Below are positions 46,336 to 55,905 of a stretch of 64,000 nt of DNA, piece after piece. The stretch is taken from assembly GCA_949296645.1 (NCBI GenBank), contig CASFPH010000001.1:10299-74298 (forward strand), in the 5' to 3' direction. Numbering within the stretch: the first letter of the stretch is position 1; the number at the start of each line of letters is the position of its first letter. Below the pieces are notes generated by a model, which saw nothing but the letters and a program-made list of their open reading frames with translations, ran no database searches and had not been told where the DNA came from. A program made the position numbers and the translations under genes. The stretch is from an uncultured Bacteroidales bacterium (lineage in GTDB: Bacteria; Bacteroidota; Bacteroidia; Bacteroidales; UBA932).

Positions 46336-46719
46336 TTACTTCTTGGCTGCCTTAGGTCTCTTGGCTCCGTAGAGAGAACGGCTCTGTGTACGTCCTTCCA
46401 CGCCTGCCGTATCCAATGCACCACGAAGAATGTGATAACGTACTCCAGGAAGGTCTTTCACCCTGCCGCCTCTTACAAGCACGATTGAGTGCTCCTGAAG
46501 ATTGTGGCCTTCTCCCGGGATGTAGGCATTCACCTCTTTCTGGTTTGTCAAACGAACCCTCGCTACTTTACGCATCGCAGAGTTCGGTTTCTTAGGAGTC
46601 GTAGTGTATACACGTACACAAACTCCGCGTCTTTGAGGACACGCATCCAATGCACGAGATTTGCTCTTCTCGACAATAACTTCGCGTCCTTTACGAACTA
46701 ACTGTTGAATTGTTGGCAT
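46336..46719 (-). CDS. rpsL: 30S ribosomal protein S12
   Basis: 127 aa. [44 protein letters not shown]. Confidence 0.97.
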   Translation of the reverse strand: MPTIQQLVRKGREVIVEKSKSRALDACPQRRGVCVRVYTTTPKKPNSAMRKVARVRLTNQKEVNAYIPGEGHNLQEHSIVLVRGGRVKDLPGVRYHILRGALDTAGVEGRTQSRSLYGAKRPKAAKK

Positions 46720-46769
46720 AAATAGTTGTTAATTATAACTTTATATATTCCCGTCAATATACGGGGCTG

Positions 46770-46777
46770 CAAAGATA
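46770..46777 (-). promoter_or_regulatory. -7 box TATCTTTG for rpsL-rpsG-fusA-rpsJ
   Basis: Plus-strand TGCAAAGATA at 46768-46777, 50 nt upstream of the rpsL ATG. Confidence 0.55.
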
Positions 46778-46857
46778 TTAAAAATATTTCAAACCGCAAT
46801 ATTTTTTGGATTTCTTAATACCTGAACCTCCGCTATTTAGATATTGTCCGGATAATT

Positions 46858-48444
46858 TCAGAATCCTGGCAGGCTGAAATACACCGCAGGAAGAAGAAGG
46901 AGAAATCCCAACGCTATCAGACAAAATATGAAGGGAAGTATGAATTTCACCCATTTACCGTAAGGAATTCTCGCGATACCCAGCACGGCTATCAGGACTC
47001 CGGATGTCGGAGTTATCATATTGGTAAAGCCGTCTCCGAACTGGAATGCCATCACGGTAGCCTGCCTCGAAAGTCCTATCAGATCCGAGAAAGGAGCCAT
47101 TATAGGCATCGTTATTGCAGCCTTGGCGCTTGCCGACGGAATAACCATATTTATTATCGTCTGTATACCGTACATAAGGCCGAGGGAGCCTGTTTTGCCG
47201 CTCTCCCCGAGAGATGAAGCCATCGAATGCAGAAGAGTATCTATTATCCTCCCGTTCTCAAGTATCACTACTATCCCGGCAGCAAGCCCTACCACAAGTG
47301 CAGCGGAAAATATATCCTTTGCCCCGTCCATAAATTCCTTCACTATTCTGTTGGGAGTATAACCAGCAGCCATTCCGGAACAAATACCGAGTGTAAGAAA
47401 AAGTGCGGAAATCTCAGGTATGTACCATGAATATCCCAGAACGCCTGTCACAAGATAGACGATAGTAAAGACAAGAAGATTCAGTACATAGAACTGGACC
47501 GATTTTCTGAGCGACAGGAATGACGCAAGAATAAAAGCGGCTGTAACGGCAGGCAGAAGATACGGAGCATGTATCCTGCTTTGTCCCAGCGACATCACAC
47601 ACCTGTCATAAAATGTCAGGGTAAAATAGACGGCCACACAGGTCAGAAGTACGAAAACAAATCTTGAAGACCTGTTCGAATAATGTTCTATACCTGTCTG
47701 CTCCTCTGTTCTACCCCTCCAATATGCATCCGCCCCGTACATTACCGAGGATGCAGGATTGCGTTTCACTCTGGATGCATACCTGAGAACAAATATTATT
47801 GTCAGGATATTGAGCACAATCCAACAGAAAAAGCGGTATTCCAGCCCGGAAAACATGGGAAGGCCGGCAATATCCTGCGCGATTCCGATGGTGAACGGAT
47901 TCAGCATGGCACCTGCAAACCCAACATGTGCGGCTACATATACCATACATACACCTACTATCGAATCGTATCCCATCGATATTGCAAGAGGTATGACTAT
48001 CACGACAAAGGCAATAGTCTCTTCACTCATTCCGAACACGGCGCCGAAAAGGGAAAAAAGCAGCATCACCATCACTATGATAATGTTGTTCACCCCGGCC
48101 TTCCTGAGAAGCCTGTACTTCTCAAGACCGCGTGCAAAATTCAGAAAGGACATTATTCCGGCATCCACGGCCTTTACGGAATTGACTGTCCAGAACGCAC
48201 CGCCTATTATGAGTATGAATATTATTATCTGTGCCTGTCTGTCAAATCCCTCGAACAACGCGGACATAAGCTGCCATGTCTGGGGGACAGAATCCGTTTC
48301 CACGAATTCCACCACACCGTCCCTTTCGACATAGTCCCCTCCCGGTACAAACCACGTCGAAATTGCGGATACAAGAAGTATGAAGAATATTATGACATAC
48401 GTATTTGGAAATTCAAATTTTCTGAAACGGCTCGGGAACTTCAT
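46858..48444 (-). CDS. YfcC-family (DcuC-like) membrane transporter
   Basis: 528 aa from the ATG at 48444 (MKFPSRFRKFEFPNTYVIIFFIL), polytopic. The family is often annotated as a putative basic amino acid antiporter. Confidence 0.8.
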   Translation of the reverse strand: MKFPSRFRKFEFPNTYVIIFFILLVSAISTWFVPGGDYVERDGVVEFVETDSVPQTWQLMSALFEGFDRQAQIIIFILIIGGAFWTVNSVKAVDAGIMSFLNFARGLEKYRLLRKAGVNNIIIVMVMLLFSLFGAVFGMSEETIAFVVIVIPLAISMGYDSIVGVCMVYVAAHVGFAGAMLNPFTIGIAQDIAGLPMFSGLEYRFFCWIVLNILTIIFVLRYASRVKRNPASSVMYGADAYWRGRTEEQTGIEHYSNRSSRFVFVLLTCVAVYFTLTFYDRCVMSLGQSRIHAPYLLPAVTAAFILASFLSLRKSVQFYVLNLLVFTIVYLVTGVLGYSWYIPEISALFLTLGICSGMAAGYTPNRIVKEFMDGAKDIFSAALVVGLAAGIVVILENGRIIDTLLHSMASSLGESGKTGSLGLMYGIQTIINMVIPSASAKAAITMPIMAPFSDLIGLSRQATVMAFQFGDGFTNMITPTSGVLIAVLGIARIPYGKWVKFILPFIFCLIALGFLLLLPAVYFSLPGF

Positions 48445-48477
48445 ACATCGGGCTTTTAAATTTATGAGGAAACGCCT

Positions 48478-48490
48478 GCAAATATAGCGA
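48478..48490. repeat. direct repeat copy 1, GCAAATATAGCGA
   Basis: An exact 13-mer, repeated at 48558-48570. It contains CAAATATA, which is a minus-strand TATATTTG box. Confidence 0.8.
48479..48486 (-). promoter_or_regulatory. -7 box TATATTTG for yfcC
   Basis: Plus-strand CAAATATA, 34 nt upstream of the ATG at 48444. Confidence 0.4.
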
Positions 48491-48557
48491 TTAAGTGAGA
48501 GCAGAGGCAAATTTATTTGACTATGCCGAACGTGAGCTATAAATGCGAGCGGAACGA

Positions 48558-48570
48558 GCAAATATAGCGA
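48558..48570. repeat. direct repeat copy 2, GCAAATATAGCGA
   Basis: An exact 13-mer, 80 nt from copy 1, in the divergent yfcC/phosphoesterase intergenic region. Confidence 0.8.
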
Positions 48571-48581
48571 ATAAAAGTTTC

Positions 48582-48589
48582 TATCTTTG
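48582..48589 (+). promoter_or_regulatory. -7 box TATCTTTG for the phosphoesterase gene
   Basis: TATCTTTGCA at 48582-48591, 28 nt upstream of the ATG at 48618. Confidence 0.5.
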
Positions 48590-48617
48590 CATAAACATTC
48601 CAAATCATCTACTTGAC

Positions 48618-49811
48618 ATGAAAACACAGGCTATCAGGCAAAGTGCGAGAGTATTGCTCTCGGTTGCATTCTTGTTTTTGCTTTCGATTTCAAACAATCC
48701 GTCCTACTGTTCAGGCACGTTTCCTTCTGAAGAAAGCCACAAGGGGAAAAAGACCGAAAAGGTCCTGAAAAACGACGGGCCGTACATTTTCGACAACGGA
48801 GACGGCAGTCTGAAAATAATAGAGGTCGGCAGAAACGGAAAAATAGAAGAGAAGACGACCTTCCGCAGGGACACGGTCTTCAAGGTAACAAGCCACAGCG
48901 GCAGGATTTCATTCACAGTTCGCCTGCACGAAACAGAAAGACAGAATTTCAGAAGCGTTAATACACCGGAACGCATTTTCGTAACATCCGACCCTCACGG
49001 TAATATAGAATGCTTTACGGATCTTCTTAAAGACAACGGTATAACCGACAGAAAACTTGAATGGAAATACGGAAGCAATACTTTGATTGTAATAGGGGAT
49101 GTTTTCGACAGAGGGAACGATGCTACACAAATATTCTGGCTGCTGTATAAACTGGAAAACGAGGCGAAAATGGCCGGAGGACAGGTAATATTCCTTCTCG
49201 GCAACCACGAACCGATGATCCTGTCAGACGACATGCGATATGCAAAAGACAAATACAAGATCCTTGCAGATACGCTCGGAATCAGATACTCGTCACTATA
49301 TGGACCTGAAACCGTTCTTGGACAATGGCTTGCGACAAGAAATACAATCCATTTCATAGGCCGGGACATGTTCGTACATGCAGGTGTGGGAGAAAAATTC
49401 CTTGAAATGGATCTAGACCCGGAATATGTCAACAGAAAAATGAGCGAAGTGATATTCATGAAAAACAAGGACAGAAAAGCCAAGTCCGCGCTTCACGCAT
49501 TCCTTTACGGAAGTGAAGGCCCCGTTTGGTACAGAGGTTTGGTCAGGGAAGATGAAAAGTACAATCCGTGTCCGCCTGAAATTCTGGACAGGATATTGAG
49601 TAAATACGGAATAAGACATGTAATAGTGGGACATACCATATTCGACGACATATGCAGTTTCTACGACGGAAAGGTAATAGCCGTAAATGTTGATAATAAG
49701 GAAAATACGAAAGAAGGAAGAAGCAGGGCGCTGATAATAGAGAACGGTGTGTACCGCATCGTAGGAAACGGAGGAAAGACATACGGAATGATAGATTCAG
49801 TCAAAAGATAG
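48618..49811 (+). CDS. exported calcineurin-like metallophosphoesterase (PPP-type)
   Basis: 397 aa from the ATG at 48618. A signal peptide, then SDPHGN, GDVFDRGND, GNHE and VGHT motifs. Confidence 0.8.
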   Translation: MKTQAIRQSARVLLSVAFLFLLSISNNPSYCSGTFPSEESHKGKKTEKVLKNDGPYIFDNGDGSLKIIEVGRNGKIEEKTTFRRDTVFKVTSHSGRISFTVRLHETERQNFRSVNTPERIFVTSDPHGNIECFTDLLKDNGITDRKLEWKYGSNTLIVIGDVFDRGNDATQIFWLLYKLENEAKMAGGQVIFLLGNHEPMILSDDMRYAKDKYKILADTLGIRYSSLYGPETVLGQWLATRNTIHFIGRDMFVHAGVGEKFLEMDLDPEYVNRKMSEVIFMKNKDRKAKSALHAFLYGSEGPVWYRGLVREDEKYNPCPPEILDRILSKYGIRHVIVGHTIFDDICSFYDGKVIAVNVDNKENTKEGRSRALIIENGVYRIVGNGGKTYGMIDSVKR

Positions 49812-49905
49812 GCAGATATGTTGTTTTTGTAAAAAATTAAGTTTACTTTTACACAACCAAAGCTACGAAGCTGAAACCTAAAGCTATTAACTTAACTCAT
49901 TACCT

Positions 49906-51135
49906 ATGATCATTTCCGAAAAAGCCGCACATTACATTGAGCTTGAGGAGAGATACGGAGCACATAACTATCATCCCCTGCCTGTAGTACTTTCGAAAGG
50001 CAGGGGTGCTTTCGTATGGGATGTCGACGGGAAACGTTATTTCGATTTTCTGTCAGCATATTCAGCCGTAAACCAGGGACACTGCCATCCTGAAATCATC
50101 AAGGCGCTATGTGAACAGGCCAGCTCTATCTGCCTGACTTCAAGGGCATTTTACAATGACTGTCTCGGACCATATGAAAAATACATGTCCGAATATTTCG
50201 GATACGACAAGATGCTGCCCATGAACTCAGGTGCGGAAGCTGTGGAAACAGCGCTTAAACTCGCCAGAAGATGGGGTTACAAGGTTAAGGGTATTCCCGA
50301 AAACGAGGCGCTCATAATCTGCTGTGAAGGCAATTTCCACGGCAGGACAATTTCAATCGTGTCGTTGTCGACGGACCCTGAATCATTCGGACAATACGGA
50401 CCGTTCACACCGGGATTCATAAAGATACCTTACAACGATCCGGAATCACTCGAAAGGGTACTTGAAGAAAAAGGCAGCAAGGTGGCCGGTTTCATAGTCG
50501 AACCGATCCAGGGAGAAGCCGGAGTGTTCGTCCCTGATGAAGGATACCTGAAAAAATGCCATGAATCATGCCGCAGACATAATGTTCTGTTCATAGCAGA
50601 CGAGGTACAGACCGGAATAGCACGTACCGGAAAAATGCTGTGCTGCGACCATGAAGGCATCAGACCAGACATAGTGATACTGGGTAAGGCCATTTCGGGC
50701 GGCGTACTGCCAGTATCGGCAGTATTGGCTGATGACGGAATCATGCTTACGATAAAACCTGGAGAACACGGCTCTACTTTCGGCGGATTTCCGCTTGCCG
50801 CCAAGGTTGCAATGGCTGCCCTGGATGTAGTAAAGAAGGAAAAACTTGTAGAAAAGGCAGAGTATCTCGGAAACATATTCAGGAAGGAGATATCGTCAAT
50901 AGAATCACCGTTCATCAGACAGGTCAGAGGCAAGGGGCTTCTGAATGCCATAGTAATAGAGCCTCACGACGGCAAGGAAGCCTGGGACGTATGTGAAAAA
51001 ATGGCGGAAAACGGGCTGATTGCCAAACCTACCCACAGACATATAATAAGGTTTGCACCACCTCTTGTAATCACCGAAAGCGAACTGACCGAAGCCATCG
51101 GTATAATAAAAAAGTCACTGAAGGAACTGGAATAG
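49906..51135 (+). CDS. rocD: ornithine--oxo-acid aminotransferase
   Basis: 409 aa. [50 protein letters not shown] is collinear with ornithine aminotransferases. Confidence 0.9.
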   Translation: MIISEKAAHYIELEERYGAHNYHPLPVVLSKGRGAFVWDVDGKRYFDFLSAYSAVNQGHCHPEIIKALCEQASSICLTSRAFYNDCLGPYEKYMSEYFGYDKMLPMNSGAEAVETALKLARRWGYKVKGIPENEALIICCEGNFHGRTISIVSLSTDPESFGQYGPFTPGFIKIPYNDPESLERVLEEKGSKVAGFIVEPIQGEAGVFVPDEGYLKKCHESCRRHNVLFIADEVQTGIARTGKMLCCDHEGIRPDIVILGKAISGGVLPVSAVLADDGIMLTIKPGEHGSTFGGFPLAAKVAMAALDVVKKEKLVEKAEYLGNIFRKEISSIESPFIRQVRGKGLLNAIVIEPHDGKEAWDVCEKMAENGLIAKPTHRHIIRFAPPLVITESELTEAIGIIKKSLKELE

Positions 51136-51144
51136 AATCTGCAG

Positions 51145-52047
51145 ATGAGAAGACAGACGACAGACGAGGTGCTTATGATAAGACCCGTCAAATTCGAATA
51201 TAATCCTGAAACAGCCTCGGACAACAGATTCCAGGTGGAAGGGGACAAAGAAGAGGCACATATAAAGGCGGTAAGGGAATTCGACAATTTTACCGTTCTG
51301 TTGAGGAATGCCGGAATAAATGTAAATATCATAGAAGATACTCCTGTTCCCCACACTCCTGACTCCATCTTCCCGAACAACTGGTTTACGACACATTGCG
51401 ACGGAGAACTTGTATTCTATCCGCTGCATGCAAGGAACAGAAGACTGGAACGCAAGGAAGCACCGGTAAAATTTCTCAGGGAACGCTATCACCTGTTTTA
51501 TGACTTCACATATTTCGAGGCCGAAAACAAGTTTCTGGAAGGCACGGGAAGCATGGTATTTGACAGGGTTAACCGCATTGCCTATGTATGCAGGGCCGAA
51601 AGGAGCAATCCGGAAGTTTTTGATTTCTTCTGCAGGACAGCCGACTTCAAAGGCGTATTCTTCAATTCATATGATGGGAACGGCATTCCCATATACCACA
51701 CAAATGTGATGATGTCAGTATGCAGCAGATTTGCCTTCATCGCTTTATGTGCCATAAGGGACGAATCGGAACGCAGAATGGTCCGCGACACACTTGTTTC
51801 ATCCGGAAAAGAAATAATAGAACTTTCAATGAAACAGGTGGAAAATTTTGCAGGCAATGTACTTGAACTGAAAAACAAAGACGGAGAATCCGTACTTGTT
51901 CTTTCCGAAAGCGCGTACAATATTCTGAATGAAAGCCAGAAAGAAACCATACATTCTTCATTCGACAGACTTGTAATTCCTTCAATACCTACAATAGAAA
52001 AAAACGGCGGCGGCTCTGCCCGCTGCATGATCGCAGAATTGTTTTGA
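51145..52047 (+). CDS. amidinotransferase-fold hydrolase (CtlX-like, arginine deiminase-related)
   Basis: 300 aa. LMIRPVKFEYNPETASDNRFQ at the N-terminus and a C-terminal catalytic-Cys context GGGSARCMIAE. Confidence 0.75.
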   Translation: MRRQTTDEVLMIRPVKFEYNPETASDNRFQVEGDKEEAHIKAVREFDNFTVLLRNAGINVNIIEDTPVPHTPDSIFPNNWFTTHCDGELVFYPLHARNRRLERKEAPVKFLRERYHLFYDFTYFEAENKFLEGTGSMVFDRVNRIAYVCRAERSNPEVFDFFCRTADFKGVFFNSYDGNGIPIYHTNVMMSVCSRFAFIALCAIRDESERRMVRDTLVSSGKEIIELSMKQVENFAGNVLELKNKDGESVLVLSESAYNILNESQKETIHSSFDRLVIPSIPTIEKNGGGSARCMIAELF

Positions 52048-52084
52048 AAACAATTTAACCTAAGAAAAAACCATTTTGCAAAAA

Positions 52085-52115
52085 GGGGCTGTACCGAAAA
52101 TAACGGCACAGCCCC
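52085..52115. terminator. bidirectional hairpin terminator
   Basis: Stem GGGGCTGTACCG/CGGCACAGCCCC (one mismatch) with an A-run before it and a T-run after, between convergent genes. Confidence 0.7.
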
Positions 52116-52139
52116 TTTCCTTCAAACGCCTGTATATCA

Positions 52140-53801
52140 TCAAGCCATCAGTATCAGTACCTGGGCTGTAAGCACACGCAGAAACATAGTCAGAGGATAT
52201 ACAGTTGCATACGCAACTGCAGGAGCCGAATTCCCGGCAACACCGTTAGAATACGCAAGGGCAGGCGGATCGGTGGTACTTCCGGCTATAAGCCCCATTA
52301 TGGTAAAATAGTTAAGCTTGTAAACGAGTCTGGCAATAATACCTATTATGAAGATAGGAAGCACGGTAATGATCACTCCGTACCCCACCCACTTGTAGCC
52401 TCCTCCTGCTACCGCTTCCACAAACCCCTCCCCTGCACCAAGACCTACAGCTGCAAGAAAAAGGGATATTCCCATCTCTCTCAGCATCATGTTGGCACTT
52501 ATGGTATTATAGGTGACAAGTTTGTATTTCGGGCCGAAGTAGCTTATCAATATGGCTATTATAAGAGGTCCTCCGGCAAGACCAAGCTTCACTGGTTGAG
52601 GGATTCCCGGCAGCATGAAAGGGATGGAACCGAAAAATACACCGACAGCTATGCCGAGGAATATCGGAATCAGATGAGGCTCCCTCAACTGATGGAGAGA
52701 ATTTCCGAGAAGTTCCTCAAGTTCCTTTATATCCTCTTCCGCACCTACTACCAGCACACGGTCCCCGACCTGAAGCGTAAGATCCGGAGATGCTATAAGG
52801 TCGACTCCCGCCCTTGTAATTCTGGTGATGTTTACCCCGTAAACCGAACGTATTTTCAGATCCGCAAGGCTTCTTCCGTTTATGGCCGATTTCGTTATCA
52901 TTATACGGCGTATCACCATGTTTTTGTCCAACTTGGTCCAGTCATTGAGGGTCATTTCGTTCTTGGAACCTATCAGTGCGGTAATCGCATCTATGTCCGC
53001 CTGAGAAGTCACGACAAGAATCTTGTCTCCTTCCTTAAGCGCCGAATCGGACTTTGGGATCTCCATTCTGCCGTCATCATGCAAGAGTCTGGAAACTACA
53101 AAGTATTTGTCTATGAGGTCGGCTATCTCCATTATGGTCTTGCCGAAAATCGCAGGATTCTTCACTACCATGGTAACCCTCACAGTATTTTTCTCTGATG
53201 ATGCCCGGCTGGAAAGTTTTTCCTGCTCACCTGAAAGGCTGATCCTGAAAATATACCTGAGAACAAGAATCGTCATTATTATACCGATAACTCCGAGAGG
53301 ATAGGCCACGGCATAGCCTGTCGCGATTACATCGTTATCCACACCGTTCATATCCATATATGTCTGCTGTGCCGCTCCCAGTCCTGGAGTATTGGTCACC
53401 GCACCGGAAAGCACTCCGACCATAACAGACAGATCCGTACCAGTGACAAGGTGAATCACATAGGTTGTCAGCACCCCCAGAAAGACGATGCCTATAGCCA
53501 GCATGTTGAGCGTCATTCCTCCCTGCTTGAATGAAGCGAAAAACGAAGGCCCCACCTGAAGACCTATGGAATATACGAACAGTATAAGTCCGAATTCCTT
53601 CACGAAATGCAGGATATGCTCATTTATACCCATGCCGAAATGTCCGAAAGCGATTCCGGCAAAAAGGATCCATGTTATACCCAATGATATTCCCGCAATC
53701 TTTATGCGGCCCAAAATAATTCCTATCGTAATGACGGAGGCCAGTATCAGAATCGAATGTGCCAGTCCGCTTCCAAAAAAAAGATCATAAATCCAGTTCA
53801 T
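52140..53801 (-). CDS. YidE/YbjL-family putative transporter (AAE family, two TrkA-C domains)
   Basis: 553 aa from the ATG at 53801; the track start is a GTG. Two TM bundles flank duplicated RCK_C-like segments. Confidence 0.8.
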   Translation of the reverse strand: MNWIYDLFFGSGLAHSILILASVITIGIILGRIKIAGISLGITWILFAGIAFGHFGMGINEHILHFVKEFGLILFVYSIGLQVGPSFFASFKQGGMTLNMLAIGIVFLGVLTTYVIHLVTGTDLSVMVGVLSGAVTNTPGLGAAQQTYMDMNGVDNDVIATGYAVAYPLGVIGIIMTILVLRYIFRISLSGEQEKLSSRASSEKNTVRVTMVVKNPAIFGKTIMEIADLIDKYFVVSRLLHDDGRMEIPKSDSALKEGDKILVVTSQADIDAITALIGSKNEMTLNDWTKLDKNMVIRRIMITKSAINGRSLADLKIRSVYGVNITRITRAGVDLIASPDLTLQVGDRVLVVGAEEDIKELEELLGNSLHQLREPHLIPIFLGIAVGVFFGSIPFMLPGIPQPVKLGLAGGPLIIAILISYFGPKYKLVTYNTISANMMLREMGISLFLAAVGLGAGEGFVEAVAGGGYKWVGYGVIITVLPIFIIGIIARLVYKLNYFTIMGLIAGSTTDPPALAYSNGVAGNSAPAVAYATVYPLTMFLRVLTAQVLILMA

Positions 53802-53827
53802 TTTCCCGCTGATTATCCGTAAAAACA

Positions 53828-55783
53828 CTAACTTTCCCTCACAAGTCCTTCCCTGTACGCCTTCAGCAGTTCCTTAAGATCAGCAATCTGCTGTTCAAGC
53901 TCCTTGCCTATATCCGTATCACGGACAAGTTTTCTCTTGGTGGCAAACTCTACCACTTTGTTGGCTGAAATTATGTCAAGGCCTTCCTCGATTGCCTTCG
54001 CCCTGGACTCAAACGGCTGATGCTGCACAAGAAGCAGACCGTATGAATTGAAAATAAGGGTATAACCAGCAATCCCGGTTTCCGGCTGGTAGGCCTTGGA
54101 GAAACCTCCGTCTATGACAAAAAGCTTGCCTCCGGCCTTTATCGGGGTCTCACCCTTTATTGTCTTTACCGGAATGTGTCCGTTTATTATATGTCCGTGC
54201 TCAGGATCGAGACCGAATTCGGCAAGAATCTTTTCGCATATGTCCTTTCTCTCCTTAAGCTTGAAATAATGGCCTTTTTCTTCTTTCTTCGGCTCCTTGT
54301 CATCAAGGAAATATCTTTCGAAAGTAGCCATTTTCTTCTTGTCGAAAGGAGGGGAATACGGCCCGCACCACAGATACCATACGAAATCCTGGGCATACTC
54401 TTTCATAGGAGTTCCCTCATTCTCGAAATATGCCTGCCTCACGATCTTGTCGATTTTGTCAAACAACGCCTTTCCGGAATAAGGTTTGCCCTGTATGACA
54501 AGTTCTGCAAAGGTACCGTCCTCATTCATCGGAACCGAACCATGAAAAAGGAGATTACCGTTCCGTGCCAGATAAAGCGCACCTTTTGAATACAGACATC
54601 TCATATGCTTTACGAGCTTTGAACTGGAGTCAAAACTGTGCATCAACTTGGAAACTACACTTTCCTCCTCTTCGGTAAGCCTGTACGGATCTGCGGGATC
54701 TATGGTAGGAAACCTGTTGTCCTTCAGCACATAATCTGTTCCGTCCACATTTATGGTACCCTGCCGGTAATTTATGAAATTAAGGGAAAGCCTGTCATCC
54801 ATCCCGTATTCAGGATGTCTTCTTATTATTTCCCCTTCGAGTTTGAACTGAATTATCGATATCGCCTTGTGCATCTTGGCTATAAGGCGTACCTGACTCG
54901 GGGTTATACCCGGATCCTCCACGGATTTCGGCATAAAGATGTCGCATGGATCATCCCCGTACACATCCATGGCAAAAGTTGCCAAAGGAAGCAGATTGAT
55001 GCCGTATCCGTCCTCCAGCGTCTGCAGATTGGCATACCTGAGGCTCATCCTGAGTACGTTCGCCATACAGGCTCTGCTGCCGGAAGCTGCGCCCATCCAT
55101 ACAACATCATGATTGCCCCACTGGATATCCACATTGTGGTATTCACAAAGAGTATCCATTATTATGTGGGCGCCGGGACCTCTGTCGTATATATCACCCA
55201 CGATATGAAGCGAGTCTATCGTAAGCCTCTGGATCAGATTCGATATCGCAATTATGAAATGGTCGGCACGACCTGTGGAAACGATGGTCGCAATGATTGC
55301 ATTTATATATTCCTGTTTGTTTAATTCAGTATGATGCTCATGCAGAAGTTCCTGTATTATATATGAATATTCTGCCGGAAGAGCCTTTCTGACTTTGGAT
55401 CTGGTATATTTGGAAGATACCACGGAGCATACTTCCACAAGACGCATGAGTATCATCTTATACCAGTCGTCAAGATCCTTTTCACTCTTTCTCACGAGCT
55501 TGAGTTTTTCCGCCGGATAATATATAAGAGTGCACAGATCCCTTTTTTCAGACTCTCTCATGTTATGTCCGAAAATCTCGTCCACTTTTCTCCTTATTAC
55601 TCCGGATGCATTTTTAAGCACGTGCTGGAACGCCTCGGATTCTCCATGTATGTCGGTAACAAAATGCTCCGTTCCCTTAGGCAGATTCAGAATTGCCTCA
55701 AGATTGATAATTTCAGTACTTGCAGCCTGTACGGTAGGAAAACTTCTGGACAAGAGCTGCAAATATCTAAGATCTTTATTCAT
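53828..55783 (-). CDS. fbp: fructose-1,6-bisphosphatase class 3
   Basis: 651 aa. The N-terminus LRYLQLLSRSFPT..ASTEIINLEAILNLPKGTEHF and the metallophosphoesterase core IVGDIYDRGP..WGNHD are typical of FBPase III. Confidence 0.92.
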   Translation of the reverse strand: MNKDLRYLQLLSRSFPTVQAASTEIINLEAILNLPKGTEHFVTDIHGESEAFQHVLKNASGVIRRKVDEIFGHNMRESEKRDLCTLIYYPAEKLKLVRKSEKDLDDWYKMILMRLVEVCSVVSSKYTRSKVRKALPAEYSYIIQELLHEHHTELNKQEYINAIIATIVSTGRADHFIIAISNLIQRLTIDSLHIVGDIYDRGPGAHIIMDTLCEYHNVDIQWGNHDVVWMGAASGSRACMANVLRMSLRYANLQTLEDGYGINLLPLATFAMDVYGDDPCDIFMPKSVEDPGITPSQVRLIAKMHKAISIIQFKLEGEIIRRHPEYGMDDRLSLNFINYRQGTINVDGTDYVLKDNRFPTIDPADPYRLTEEEESVVSKLMHSFDSSSKLVKHMRCLYSKGALYLARNGNLLFHGSVPMNEDGTFAELVIQGKPYSGKALFDKIDKIVRQAYFENEGTPMKEYAQDFVWYLWCGPYSPPFDKKKMATFERYFLDDKEPKKEEKGHYFKLKERKDICEKILAEFGLDPEHGHIINGHIPVKTIKGETPIKAGGKLFVIDGGFSKAYQPETGIAGYTLIFNSYGLLLVQHQPFESRAKAIEEGLDIISANKVVEFATKRKLVRDTDIGKELEQQIADLKELLKAYREGLVRES

Positions 55784-55826
55784 AGGTTTTTACGCTAAGA
55801 TTTTAAAGGTTTATCAATATTATTGG

Positions 55827-55834
55827 CAAATTTA
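55827..55834 (-). promoter_or_regulatory. -7 box TAAATTTG for fbp
   Basis: Plus-strand CAAATTTA, 43 nt upstream of the ATG at 55783. Confidence 0.4.
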
Positions 55835-55905
55835 ATAAAATAAATACCTCTATTCCAATTATTTCGCTAACTTTATCCTCAGATAACACATAAACCGTAC
55901 ATAAA

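Noticed and set aside
47683-48459. A 258-aa plus-strand ORF antisense to yfcC (also 47759-48334).
   Set aside because: His/Tyr/Cys-rich nonsense translation opposite a polytopic membrane gene, which is typical of a shadow ORF.
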